64,000 nt of DNA from Paragordius varius (taxonomy: Eukaryota; Animalia; Nematomorpha). The translations under genes and the position numbers were made by a program. The stretch covers positions 7,502,001 to 7,566,000 of the forward strand of contig OZ176056.1 in NCBI GenBank assembly GCA_964247055.1. Direction: 5' to 3'. This document shows positions 36,198 through 50,164 of the stretch, in pieces (the first letter of the stretch is position 1; each line of letters starts with the position of its first letter). Under the pieces are notes generated by a model. That model was not told the origin of the DNA and did no database searches. It saw nothing but the letters and a program-made list of their open reading frames with translations.

Positions 36198-39100
36198 ATG
36201 GACATTTTAAAAAACGATAAGATTATAAAAACTGCCAAAAATGATTCTACTAATGCTAATTTATTGAATCCAACTAATGATAATAACTCTATTGCGGATT
36301 TTTTCCCGTTGAAAAAAGCGTTGCAACTTACCATAGACTCCTATGATATCACCAATAAAATTAGGCTTTTATATCATCGTGACAGTAGAGAACTGGAAGA
36401 TAAATGTGTTAATAAATTAATTGGAAAACGATCCGTGATCGACTTAAGGTATATTGCCATATACGTTTTATAGACGTAAAGAACAAATGGATATTGAAAA
36501 TATGCTATATATTTTACAACATAATTTGGAGCACATCTTAACCAACATTGAAAAAACGGATCATGTAAGCAAAAATTATATTTATACCAATTTTTTATTA
36601 TAATATGATCATTTATCTGATTTAGTTATACCTCCAAAAAAATTTGTTGAAACAACATCTTGCTCAATCGATTCAAAATTATAAAAAGATCTTAACTAAT
36701 ATCCGGGATCTTTTATCAACTCAAGACACATCATCATCCACATCTACTAATTTACCTGAATCAAATACTGTAACTCGCACCATCACCAGGAGTTTGAGTC
36801 ACATTCAAAGTTTGACTTGCCCAGGTTTGCCCCTTTTTTGTGCGGTTTTTTACAGCTTATTTTAAAAATATACCATTTATTTAAATTCGATTTTATTTAG
36901 AGGAGATTCCATTCAATTTGGATTATATACGGATCATGGAAGGTTTGGAGTCTTGTTTAAGGTTTCACATTGAACAAGATGGCGCAAATAAGCAAAAGTA
37001 AAAATATGGCTTTTAACTAAATGCATTTTCTAATTATAATTATATAGTTTTTTAGTCCAAAGTTTTTTAGTATTCAGCGATAAAACTTGATTCTAAATTT
37101 ATTTTTCAAATTATTAATTTTTATTTAGATTAACCCAAAATTAAAGTTCTTATCGTGAAATCTCGGCTTTCTTGCGTTTTATTTAACGTTAACCCGTTTA
37201 GTATTAAAGGTGTGAAGCTTTCTGTTCTCATCATTTAAAATAATTAAACGACCCTTTATTATTTTTGAAACAATAAATAATAAATGCTGCATTCGTGTAA
37301 TCTTCTCTATTTTTTAAAGAAGTCCGCACAGTAGTTATTTTAATATCTTATTAAAACTTTAAAAATCTTGATCCTTTTCCCACTAGGATAGGTGTAAAAA
37401 AGTGATATCTTATCAGTGTGCATATATATTAAAAAATAAAAACAAATAGTATTCGTTCGGCTGGTATTTAGGCCGATAGTCGCCCATTATAGTTGGTAAT
37501 ATTTACAATTAAATCACACTTGCTTGTGAAAGTGGGTTAATGATTTTCCCAAAAAAGTGATTTTGAATATTTATGTAATATAAAATTTCTTAATTTATAT
37601 GTTTAAAATTTTTGACACTGTAGAATTGCAAAATTATCTGAAATGGTGAAAATCGCTCCCAAATCATACCCGATCCCTGAAAATAAAAATGTCGTTAAAC
37701 CAGAGAGTATAATTAATCAGCCAGATATCATTGATCAATTAAAGTATATTCTTAAAATTGCGGAAGCACTTTAAATTAAACATTTTTACGATTTTTTCAT
37801 ATTTTTTATAAATTATTTTACACTTACTTCAACCTTAGAATATCGCAGCAGAACAGCGAAAGTCAACTCCTATTAGATAATTATATGTTGGAGAGAATGA
37901 AAAGCAAAAATTTAAAATGGCCCTTGCCTCCTTCCATGGTATATTAGTTGTAAAAAATAATTAATTGTAAGATAGGATTCAAATAGTTAAGTTTGTATTT
38001 CTCTCCAGATTTTATAACACTAATTTCTACATGATAAGGAAAGTAAAAATATAGTTAGTTATCTAATAAAAAAACGTCATTTTTAGCTAAATAGGGCTGA
38101 AAATAAACTCAGCCATATTTATTTTTACAAAAAGTTTTTCTATAAATTTAGATAAATATGGAAAACAAAATCAAATTTATTTTACGAGAATTAAATGAAA
38201 CAAAAACACTCAATCAGGAGCTACAAAATCGTATCAAAACTATGACGGATGTTGAGAAGCAGGCTCATAAAGCCTTAGATATACTAGGAATGAAATGTAT
38301 GAGGTCTGCCATGGTCAGAACCAATAAAAATATGCATTCCATAGAATCTGCTCAAAAAAAGAAAAATCTAGAAAAAACTCATGATCCCAATAAAAATAAT
38401 TTAAATGATAATGGTAGCATACCAATCCTATATAAAACATCTTTGAACGATGGTTTAAATTCTAGCTACCCAAATGCCATCGTAATGAAACAGAGTAATT
38501 TAAAAGATGACACCTCTTTTCTAACATGTGACAGTAAAAATGATATTATCTCAAGTAATTATTAAAAGCAGATTGTCAAAAAACGGTTATATTTCACCAA
38601 AAAAGTCTAAAATTAAATCACTGTAAATATTGAAGTTATACAGAAGACCAAACGTAAAAATATAAAGACACATGTTTTTTTTAATCTGGTATTTTTTTCA
38701 TTAAATACAACTCATTGTATTAGATTGCAAAGTATGAAATTATGTAAATTGGTAACATTATCAATTATATATATTTGACAATTGTAATTAAAGTTTTTAC
38801 ATAGGAAAAATCAAAGGGTAAAAGAATGAGGTTTGGTTGTTTTTGGAAAAAATATTTGCCCCTATGTTTTAACATTTTATATGTGTGATTTGACCAAGAT
38901 TGCCTTAACTTAGATGCGACAATGGATGGATCAACTTTGAACACAATCAAAACTTTGGAAAATTGTCAAAAAAAGACTCAACAACAAAATAGCGTGAAAG
39001 ATAATACAAGTTTAACAGCCAAAGAAATTGGTAAAAAACTTACATTATCTTCATCAACGAATCATCCCATTTTCCCACAGAATATTAGTTTGTTACAAAA

Positions 39101-42100
39101 GATTGAAACACTTACAAGTCTGATATGTCACCTCATGTACCGAAGAGGGATAGATAGAAGGGTACATCATCTCTCTTTTTAGATTTAGCCCGCCCAACGT
39201 CCATAAATGACTACCTACATTATTTAAACGAATTTAACCAGGGGTGTCCAGCACTAATGATTTTTCCGGTCGTATTTTTGACTCAAAAAACTCGGCTGGT
39301 CGCATTTGAAATACATATATGGGCATTCATCAATAATGATATTGGATTTCAATCTAAAATTGTAAAAACACATGTTTCGTTACCCATTGGATGAAATAGA
39401 CTAATTCAAAAAACTTGTTTAAGAAAATCAATATATTTCTGTAAGATCATATTTTGGCGAATTTTTGCGGGTCGGACATTAAATCTCGACGCATGTAATA
39501 TCCCTGATTTTAACTTTAAAATAGCAATCGGACAAGCTTATAACAAGCATGAGCCAAAGTATTGAGGCGCTCGCTGCTTTTTCAACGTCTGTAAGGCTAA
39601 CAAGCTTAATTTTGCTGTATTTCTTAATAATATGAAATTTTTATAAATTTAAATTCCGCCGGTAATGAATAAATAGATTGTCATTTTTTTAGAAAACACA
39701 AAACATATTTTTTCGCATTTTTTTCCATAAAGCACCAGAACAGATTAAGGATATTAATTCTACATTAACATTCAATTATATTGACTGGATCGTTTATTCA
39801 AATTGGGCTCTTTATTTATTTATAAAATCACATTCACCGTATTCTATACTGATTTAATCCCTTAAGTTTTTAATTTTACAGTTGTGTTTTAATTAAAGGC
39901 ATGCCTCAAAATTGTTTGTGGGGTGTATCCAAAATAACTAAATATATCTCTAGGACTGTAATAAATATTTTATTAAATGATTATTACAGTCTTCATAATA
40001 TGCAGAACAAACCCCTGTAATTTCACTAAAATTAACAAAATTATTTTTGAAAAAAATGAATGAGTTAACATTATTCCAAATATATAGTTTTCTTGTGGGA
40101 ATTTAAATTATAGTTTGCTTAAAATGGTTAATATATGCAGAATACCTTGACTCAATCCCAACTAGTGAATGATACGTTGAAACGGCACACCAATTTGTTA
40201 AAAAAATATTCACTCCTTAAAGGCTACATCAAACTCCTGCAGGCAAATTTAGCCGGTTTCACTCAAGATTGGTGTATCATGGATAAAAAATTCAAGGTAT
40301 CAAACAAGAAATAAGTATTATTGAAAAATTTAACATGATGTATATAACGTGTTTCAAATTTTGAGATATGTTGAGTTTTGACTGCAAATATTTGCCTTTC
40401 ATAACTCCAAAAAATTGGGGGTCAATTGGCAAAAAAATTATGTAAAAATTGCGCACACCCAACGTAATTACAAAGATTTTTGCCCGAATAATTTTGGTTT
40501 CAATTCCATAGTTAGTCAGTCAAATGGTTTTTTTTCGGTGTTTGCATTTAAAATAGGTGATATTTGATGTGGCTTAAATAAGGAATATGGTTCTGGTATC
40601 AATTCTCATACAAAATTTTTAACTTAATTTAGCCTTATCCATATATTTTATTTGATGCTTTGCGATAATAATTTTAATGCAAACCCTAAAATCGATTTTT
40701 GTAAAAATATTACAATTTTTAACCTATATTTGTTGGTTAATATTGTATCTATTTATCATTATAATATTAAAAATATCATTGTATAGTATATGAAATAATC
40801 AATATGCTGATAATCAGCTGTTAACCATTTTTTGCTTCTCCTATATGGCGTTTGACCTTAATTTTTTAAATAAATTTACGCCAAAATATTTTTTAAAATA
40901 TATATACATATGACTAATGTAGGAAAAACTTGAAAGTATAAAACCTGAACATATGTCCCCAGAAATTAGGGATTTGTTAAAAAGTCAAAAAAGCTTACAG
41001 GATTTGCAAAATGTTGTTTCACACGATAAAAATTTATCATTGATGTCTGATGATCCTAGCAGCCGAACAAAAATGCAGGTTTAAATATATATATATATAT
41101 ATATATATATACACCATTTACAATTCATATTCACCCTTGAACAATTCAAATTCACCATTTTATTCAAATTCACCCTTAAACAATTCAAATTCACCCTAAA
41201 AATAAATTATGTGTTTTCGAGATAATATAACTCATCATAAATCTGAATATATTTTTACGAGATAGTTTATTGTGTTTTCAATATTATATTAATTTTATAC
41301 AGAATTTTATATTTTAAATATATTATAAAATAAAGGTGATTTTAATTTTAAAAAAACACATAGTTTATTTTAGGGTGATTTTGAATTGTTTAAGGATTAA
41401 TTTGAACTGTGTAAATGGTATATATTTTTACAATTAAATTAATTTTGGGAACAATTATATGAAAAAGTTAAAAAAAATATTTTTAAAATTTTTTTGCAAT
41501 AAACTTTAATTTTATAACACTTTTGATCAGGAATGCAGCAGTCAACCAATGGCAGAAACGCTAAACGACAATCAAATTAACTCTTCTCTCTATACAATTA
41601 ATACAAAAAATACTGATACATACTGGACTGAAAATTTAAACACCGTAAAGACAAATTATTCATTGAATTATTTATTAAAATAAAAAAATATTTGTTTCAA
41701 TTTCACCCTTGAACAATTCAAATTCACCCTAAAAAATATGAAATTTCGGTCTTATATAACTCATTATTAAAATTAAATATATTTTCTTCATGGCAAAGTT
41801 TATTAATTTATTTCAATATTATTTTGATTATATACAAAATTTCTTATTTTAAAAATATAAAAAAATATATTTTTAATCTTAAAAAACACATAATTTATTT
41901 TAGGGTGAGTTTGAATTGTTCGAACGTGAGTTTAAATTGTTCAAGGGCGAATTTGAATTGTTTAAGGGTAATTTTGAACTCTAAATGGTAAATATAATGA
42001 ATGGCATTAAATTTTTATATTTTTAGTCTTGTACATCGATAAAAAGTGATTTGGATTTAGCCCCAAGTGAAACATACGTTCCAAAGTTGGTACAAAACAT

Positions 42101-44227
42101 TAATTATAATTTGAAAGATCCACAATACCTGAGCAAAAACAATACTTTTGAATACCTAACAAATAATGATACCAATAATTCTAATTTTAATGTTAATTCA
42201 AACTATATCGTCACCAATAACTATGCCAAAAATGAAAAATTAAGGCCTAAAGGATCAAACCTAAATCTTGATCATGATAATTGCTTTCAAGAGTCCACAA
42301 AAACTGAAAAATCCGATTTTTTTAATTTTTGGCAGGATGACATAACTCATGAAAGTAAGTTTAAAAATTTTAAATTTCCAAAAATTAAGCATGTTTAGAC
42401 CTTTGGGTGCTTTATTGGCCTACCTAGTATAGGCGAATATTTAATAATATTTGAGCGTTGCATTTGTTGAAAAATTTGTAAAATGTTCCCATTTTGGGAA
42501 TTATTCATCGCATCGCTCTATATTTGAAACCTTAAAAATTAAAATTGAATATTTTATGTTAGGGGTGTCGACCACACGGCCCAGAAATTGATTATTAATT
42601 TACTTAACAAATTTTTAAAATACTGTTTCCAAATTTAGAGGCAATAAAGTTCCAAAAAATTTTAAAATAAATAGTTGACTTTTACAGTCCTATGGTAAAA
42701 ATTATATAAAATATTTGTTAATGCACATATATTTTCAATGCGTCGCGCCAATTTTGTTTGTTTTGAAAATGCGGCCCGCGAAGCCATTTATGTTGGGCAC
42801 CCTTGATCTAATATAATGTTTTAAGAAATATATTTTCCCTTTTTAACATAGATGGGAACCGAGTCTTTTTTAGGAATTAACCAAAAGAGCGTTTTAATAA
42901 TTCCAAAAAAATAATTTAAAATTTTATTTTTTTTGAGCATGTTTTATTTTTTGTTCTTCATGGCATTTAGTAAACTTTGTTAATTTTCTTAAGGGAGCCA
43001 AAATAAGAAGCAATCTTATAATAAATAAATTTATTGATCATAACCTTTTAGTTGTAGATCCTTAATCCTACGAAAAAGTGAAAACAATTAAATTTTTGCC
43101 AATTATCTATAAAATTTAAAAACATATAATTTATTATGGTGTTCTGCTACCAGATACAACCTTAAGTACAATTAGTATGGTAATGAATGAAAATCAAGAT
43201 GTCTCAGCCGGCACTTTAAATTCAGATCTAACATCTATGGACAATCAAAGCACTCTGGTTTCCAATCAAAAAGAAATTATTGATCTATATAATATCGATA
43301 TAGATATGAATGATGAAATAACTCTTAAACCCAAATCGGACCTTAGCTTTAACAATATGTAATAAGCTAATCATATTTGCTTTATTTTCATTTTCAGTAA
43401 AAATTGAAATTATCCAGACTTAATGTACCTCATTAAATTTTCGTTTCATAAAGCCACCTAGCGTTTAATAGGAAGTACTATGACTTCTAATTGCAAAGGT
43501 AGCCTAAGAAAATGATCTTCATTAAGGTTTAATTTACTATAAAGATGGCGCTTTCCTCCATAAATATGTACAACATACAAACATAATGACAATAACTTAT
43601 ATTCAAAACATCGCGATACTTTTAATATACAATTTATCGTTTCCACTGCAAAATATGTAATATAGATGTAATTTGGTAACATAATCAATTATATATTTTA
43701 CAACTGTAAACAGTCCAATACCTTTTGGGTTAGTTTTATATCCCAGGTATCCTAAAAAGTATTTAAGGCGAATTTAAAAATATGCTTTCTTTACCCTTTT
43801 AGGCGCATTAGAATTTTTTTTTTCAAAAATTAAAATTGTTAGAAAATCCCTATTTTAAACAGTTTATTTTAGCACCAAACTTGATACATTTTGTTAATAT
43901 CAGCTGTTCTTTCAGTCGCGTTCTGGAGCTGTCCTCAATTCAGACTCTAGAAGTCATACTGTAAAAATATAAGCTTTTTATCTAATATATAAAAACAATG
44001 TTTGATAATTAATTTCAACTAAAAAAACTTTCAAAACTGTAATTTATTTACCCAATTGTGCTCTGGAATATAAAATCACCCCAAAAGGTAAAATAGGACA
44101 AAAAAGTGAAAAGGTAATTAAGTGTTAGATGGCTTTTCTAGGGAAAATATAGGGTGTAAAAAGTCGTTTGAAAAAGAAAACATTTGTTTTTATGTTTTTA
44201 CGTTTCATCTGACTACTTTCAATTTCT

Positions 44228-44271
<44 letters not shown>

Positions 44272-44638
44272 AAGTCCACAAAAAGTGGTTCAAGCCCCAA
44301 GCCTTATGTCAATTAACGATAGTTTGGCTCTGAACGAGTGTGTCAAAAGTCCTACCTTTCAAATTCGTAGTTCTTCTCTCAAACAGAAACCACAAGAACC
44401 TTTAAGATATTATAGAAATTCAGATCTTTTGTCGAGCAATTCCAATATATTAAACAAATTAAATAGTATCCAAAATATTAAAAATGAATCTCAAATCCCC
44501 AAAAATAATCCAAATGCCAGAAAACAAACAAAAATTTTGAATGGTAAAGAAATGCAAGTTATTCAATCCATCATAAATACCACTCGATTTGATACTAATA
44601 ACAATAAGGGAACCCGATCATCTAAGCTGGGGAATTAG
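36198..44638 (+). CDS. Uncharacterised ~943 aa protein (helical/coiled-coil-like N-half, Asn/Ser-rich C-half); exons 36198-36448, 36474-36564, 36626-36824, 36901-36997, 37624-37743, 37839-37938, 38152-38554, 38914-39161, 40141-40296, 40923-41078, 41531-41644, 42027-42354, 43154-43358, 44275-44638
   Basis: 13 GT-AG introns, all phase-consistent, CDS 2832 nt; incorporates seven of the provided ORFs. No family recognised; the 39161 donor is less certain. Confidence 0.75.
39239..39506. mobile_element. hAT (Charlie-like) MITE, 8-bp TSD aatttaac/attttaac; same family as 47069-47343
   Basis: CAGGGG...CCCTG termini; internal sequence matches the reverse complement of 47280-47340. Confidence 0.75.
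41114..41418. mobile_element. MITE family R1 (CCATTTACAATTCAAATTCACCC termini, 21-bp repeats AGGGTGAATTTGAATTGTTTA), representative copy
   Basis: Other copies ~15160-15450, 21640-21890, 24345-24600, 27905-28160, 30395-30652, 41690-41990, 51415-51636 (TA on both sides), 58356-58607, 61215-61535; often next to (TA)n runs. Confidence 0.85.
42560..42805. mobile_element. hAT-type MITE remnant
   Basis: TAGGGGTGTC ... GGCACCCTTG termini and a GCGGCCCGCG subterminal motif; TSD not resolved. Confidence 0.55.
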
Positions 44639-44941
44639 AAAATATATATCGATTTATGCATTTATATTGTATCCAATATGTGAGTAAAATATATAGCATA
44701 TTTTTCAAGCCAAATGTATGAATAAATTGTAATTTTATTGAAACAAATATTAATAAATTATCTATAAAGCATGTAACAAAATTATTATTAAACAAAATAG
44801 ATTATAAGTTATCCTATATCATTGAAATTCGATTATTTTTTACTCTCTAAATAAACTATGTGTTTTATGAAGTTTTTTGAATAAACCAAAAACGCCATTT
44901 TACAATTTAATAATAAATTCTCAGTGTCTAATACTATAAAC

Positions 44942-47060
44942 CAGTGGTACTCACGAAAAAAATTTGACGGGCCAAATAAAATATATATTTTTTTCGAGGG
45001 CCAGAATCTTATAATGGCAAAAATTCCATAGCTATTTGACATATGCACATATTTATACTCTAAATCAGCAGAATTAATTTTTTGCGGATCGCATGTAAAT
45101 CCAGTAAAAACTCGTTTTGCACCATTTAGTTTAAAAAATTAAATATTTTGATAACAACATTTATTTTGATATTAACCAATAATTTTGACAAATTTGGTTT
45201 CTCCTCATGACAGACCAATCTTAATAAGTCGTCCATATAATTATCGGTTAAGCGATTTCTGTATCTATTGTTGAGATACCTTATTTTTGAATATGCTGTC
45301 CACGGGCAACTTGAGAAAAAACAGTTAGGATAACTTGAGCACATTTTTTTATATTTTCATATTTATTTGGCACATCTTGCCAAAACCATACATATTTTTC
45401 TTCCCTTCGATTCTCCTTATATATAGCCCCGAATCGGAATCCTTTTTAAATCTACGAATTCTCCAATGATATGCGCCTGATCAAAACCGAGATGCTCAAG
45501 TTGCTTAATATTGGATATATCCATACCATGGATTTTCCACGAGTTTTAAGCAATTTTTAATATTTCTTAATCCTTCAAATCTGAATGTCATTTCATTAGA
45601 TAAAAATGTTAAATGATTGTCAATTTTAAATGTTGGAAAATATAGGAGTGTTTTATTTATAAATTCTTGTTTATATATTATTAATTTTTCTTCAAAAGCA
45701 AATATTTGATTAGCAAATTGGGTTATTACTTTGCTCACTTGAAAACTTGTATTAAGACTAAGTCTAAAAGTAAATGTCGCAAAGGTAGGCAATAAAACCC
45801 ACCATTAGTCACTATTAATTTCCTCGTCAAACTTTCTGTTATCTTTTATAAAGAAAATCTCATGTCTTAAAACAAAAAATCTATTTAATACTTTGCTAAG
45901 GCTTAGCCATCTCACAGCGGTCAAAAGAATATCATCAAACTCATTGTGAATATCTTTCAGAAGGTTTAGAATTTACGGCTGTTAAATTCTCTCGGATGTG
46001 GTTAACTATATCCACAACCGTTTTAATTACTAAATTGAGTGATTCATATTTTACATGCGAAACCAAGTTTTGCTGTTGAGTAAATATTTTTCAAATTATA
46101 TTTTTTTTCAAAAGAGGGATAAATCCTTCGTTTCATAGAGGGACAGCCATCTGTGCAGATCGAAACCAATTTTTTTCATAGATATACCATTATTATCGAA
46201 AAATGTGCTACCACTTTCTTTTATTAGTTGGGAATCAGTAAACGGTTTCATATTTTTTCCTAAATTATAACAATTTCATACGAAGCATGTTACAACTTTT
46301 CCTGGGAGAGAGCTATAAAAATAATAGATTTTCTTTCTGGTATAATTCCTTAATTTTTTATTTTTTTCGTTCCTTCCCTCATGATTTTCTGGTAATTTAT
46401 GAGAATGATGGATTGTAAAATGTCTTTCAATCTTGTATTTTTTTATAATTATGTTGTCCTTGCATATAAGGCAGGTATCAACATTTTTAAAATCGACAAA
46501 GAATTTTTCTTCCCATTCCTTTATAAAGAGCGATTTTTATCGGATAATTTACGTTTTTCATTAGATGTCATCCTTTGAATTTATATTTTAAAATTATGTA
46601 AATTTTTGCAAAAAAAAAATATAATTTGAATTATGCTATAAAAAATAGGTAAAAATTTAATGATGTTGATTTGAAAAATATTTTATGGGAATGAGTTATA
46701 TAAAATGATGCAGGATAGCAATGAAAAGTATATGATGCAAGTTTGGGTGAAAAGCTTGCTTAAATACAAAAAAGGAATCCAATAAAAATTTTAAAATAAA
46801 ATACAGAAACAGAGACAACGTGTGCCAAAATTTTGAAATCATTTTATTTAGGGAAATTTTTTTACCAAATTGGGTAAAAAATAGTAATTACGAAATAGAT
46901 CTAAAGAAAATTAATATTAAAATAAGCGAAAATTCGTTTATGTGTATTTTAAAAATTCATATATAAAAATAATAATTTAAGTATCAATATGGTCATAGGG
47001 CAATTTTAAAGCACTCTTAGGGCCGCATGCGGCCCCCGGGCCGCGGTTTGAGTATCACTG
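44942..47060 (-). mobile_element. Decayed hAT (Buster/Charlie, GTF2IRD2-like) transposon, internally deleted, 2119 bp
   Basis: TIRs CAGTGGTACTCA/TGAGTATCACTG; TSD ctataaac/gtataaac; minus-strand fragments of a BED-like N-terminus and hATC-like YRNRLTDNYMDDLLRL. Confidence 0.88.
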
Positions 47061-47068
47061 GTATAAAC

Positions 47069-47343
47069 CATGGCATGAGGCCGGCAAAAAATTTGAAATT
47101 AATGAGTAGCAAAAATATGTGCCTACAATCTCGCAATATTGATATTTTTTGAATATTCTTGTTAAATGAGTCTATGCATTTCTCCAAAACTAGAAAAAAA
47201 TTGTATAATGCGTATACGTTTTGCCTTCATATGTTATGAATTCTAATAAATTATTTATGAATGTCCATAAAAACTTTGAATGCTGCCCGCAGGGTTTTCT
47301 GAATCAAAAAGACGGCCCGCGAGGCCGTATGTTGACTCCCCTG
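47069..47343. mobile_element. hAT MITE with perfect TSD GTATAAAC, abutting the larger hAT
   Basis: GTATAAAC at 47061-47068 and 47344-47351; CCCCTG right terminus. Confidence 0.8.
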
Positions 47344-47686
47344 GTATAAACGATAAAGGAAAGATTCTACCCATCAGCAAGCGGTTCAAATATGTTTTAT
47401 CTAAACTGGTTCTCGTTTTTATACCTTGGTTACAGTTTTTTGAGTACCCTGTTACTAATTGAGCTATTCCTTTCTATTATATGGTGGAAACGGACACTTT
47501 CAGCTATTAGAGAAACACCTTTTTTACATGACTCGGAATCGCTTAAAATTTTGGTAACATCAATTTTTATTTAAAAATTCATTCAAATTTAGGATTTGTC
47601 CCAATTTAGATTAAATAAAATATTTTTTGAGCAAACATGGATTTCAGAAAATTGGTATAAAAATCGTTATCGGTAGACTGTATTAA

Positions 47687-48911
47687 CACTTGGATGCAAC
47701 TAGGGTTGTGTGACCGGGTCATGACCAGGTCAGTGACTATTTATTCCATAATCATTTAAAAAAACAACTGTTTTTTAAAAAATTGGTGGTAAATTTTTTT
47801 GGAAGACAGATAGTTTTATTGCTTTTTAATATACTTTTTAGAAATATAAATTAAATATTTAAATATGCTTATTTTACAATATAAAATTTTTAAACATGCA
47901 TCCTTTAACATTAGCATTTAGCATATCTAGTTTTTTGATAAACAATCAAGCATTTTGCAAAACATGCTATTATTCTATATATATAAACCAATAAAACGTA
48001 AAAACATTTTATAATTGGATATTTCAATGATGAAAGAAAGTGTAAAAAAAATTAGGTAAAATTTTATTTGAAATGTCCAGTATTAAAAGCTATGAATTTG
48101 AAGATTCAGAAGCAAGAATGTGGCAAACTTTATTTTAAAACAAATTTTTGATTAAATTTGATTGAAAATATTGTAAATATATAAAAATGCATAATATAAA
48201 CTTTTAAGAAAAAACATGACATTATTAGTGAAACAAAGTGTCGTTCGAACATTATTTTCACAATCCAACATCGCATGGTATTTATTTAAGTAAAGTGGTC
48301 ATGACCAGGGTTATGACCATGGTCTGACCGGGTCTGACCTGATTTTTTGAAAAGCAGTCAAATGCACAACCCTAGATGCAACACAATCATTTTAGTCCTT
48401 CGATTCAAATTGGGGTATTTAAATACCTTAGGCCTGTTATAATTTAATTTTTTAAAAAATATGGAAAAAATCGAAACCATGGCAAATTTTTGCACTTATA
48501 TAACATCAATAAACCGAAATATATAAAAATTAAGCAATACTGGATATTACTTATTTTAAGCCAAAACCGAAAGGTAAAAATTAAGTTAACGTGACATATG
48601 TGCAATGATAAAATTGAAAAATAATACAAAATTAACCGCTTTTTCTATTTCTGAAAGATGTATATTAAATAAAAAATTAGATTTAATATTCCCTTAAAAT
48701 TAAATGAAGACGATATTTTGCAAAAATTTGTAAAATAAAAATGGCGTCTACATGGAATTTTTTTAAAACAAAATTTTATTTAGATATTTTGGCATATTTA
48801 TATAATTTTTATTAGGATAAATGCATAAAAATTTGGGACTGTTTCCTTCAGTAGTTTTTATCTTAACAAAATTTAATCGGTATTTAGATACCCCAATCCG
48901 AATCAAAGTTT
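47687..48911. mobile_element. piggyBac-like (TTAA) non-autonomous element interrupted by a hAT MITE
   Basis: TTAA|CACTTGGATGCAAC start; after removing the insert it matches the uninterrupted sibling 49336-49904. Confidence 0.65.
47701..48374. mobile_element. hAT (TAGGG-type) MITE, 674 bp, perfect 8-bp TSD GATGCAAC
   Basis: TAGGGTTGTG ... CACAACCCTA TIRs; TGACC subterminal repeats; TSD at 47693-47700 and 48375-48382. Confidence 0.9.
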
Positions 48912-49335
48912 TAATTTATCGGACATGTTTTCATTTACCCTTCATTAATTTTAGTTTTTTAGCCATAGCGAATTTATATTCAAAATTTTAAAAATTACTA
49001 TATTGAGCCTATTGTAAAAAGTCATCTAGCCCATTGAGTTGGTTATTTAAAAAATATCTTAAGATTATTATAATGCTACATTTGAAAAGCGCTCAATTGA
49101 TAATTACACCTTGATTCAAATATGGGTAGATGCCGATCCTAATGTTTTGCTGTTACTGAAAAATACTAAAAAGGGCCTCAATTAATATATGCTCTCTTAA
49201 TAAAAATAATATGAATAAGCCAAATTCCATTATTAAAATTTAGTTTTGAAAAAAGCTCCAATCTCTTACAAAGCCCTTTTTTTATAATTCCTAATTTTTT
49301 TTTGAAATCACACTATTAATATCGAAAAGTATTAA

Positions 49336-49904
49336 CACTTGGATGCAACATATTCATTTTAGTCCTTCGATTCAAATGGATGTGGTTAAATACCCCAGGC
49401 CTGTTTAAAATTATATTCTATAAAAAATCTGGATGGAATCAAAACCATAGCAAAATTTTGGACTTATATAACATTAATAAACCGAAATGTATAAAAAACC
49501 TAATTCAAAAATACTTTATTTTACTTATTTTAAGCTAAAACCGAAAGGTAATAATTTAGGCAACGTAGCATGTGTGCAATGGTAAAAATAAAAAATAATA
49601 CAAAATAACCCTCTTTTTCTATAATGTTAGATGTAATTTAAATAAAAAATTTTAAATTTACCCTTAAAATTAAATCAATACGATATTTTGCAAAAATTTT
49701 GTAAAATAAAAATGGCTTTGAAGTAATTTGACATGGATTTTTTTACAAAACAAAACTTTATTTAGATATTTTGGTATAAATATAAAATTTTTATTAGGAT
49801 AGAAGCATAAGTTTAAATTGGGACCGTTTCCTTCAGTAGTTTTCATAAAATCCTATATCAAATTTAATCTGAGGTATTTATATACCCCAAATTAAATCGA
49901 AGGG
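49336..49904. mobile_element. piggyBac-like non-autonomous element, TTAA on both sides
   Basis: TTAA|CACTT ... GAAGGG|TTAA. Confidence 0.65.
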
Positions 49905-50128
49905 TTAAAAAGGCTTAAGATTTAAATTTGCCAATGCGCCAATGCCTACTTATTTTTGCCTTCAGTTAATTTTTTAAATATAATTAAATTTTACATGAAA
50001 TTTTTAATTTTGGTGCTTGCAAATTTGCAGAGTTTTAATTTTATCCTTTTTTGTATCCTGCCCATTTGAATTAGTCAAAAATTATCAAATAAAAAGTTTG
50101 TAACATCAGCAACAATTATATATAACAC

Positions 50129-50164
<36 letters not shown>

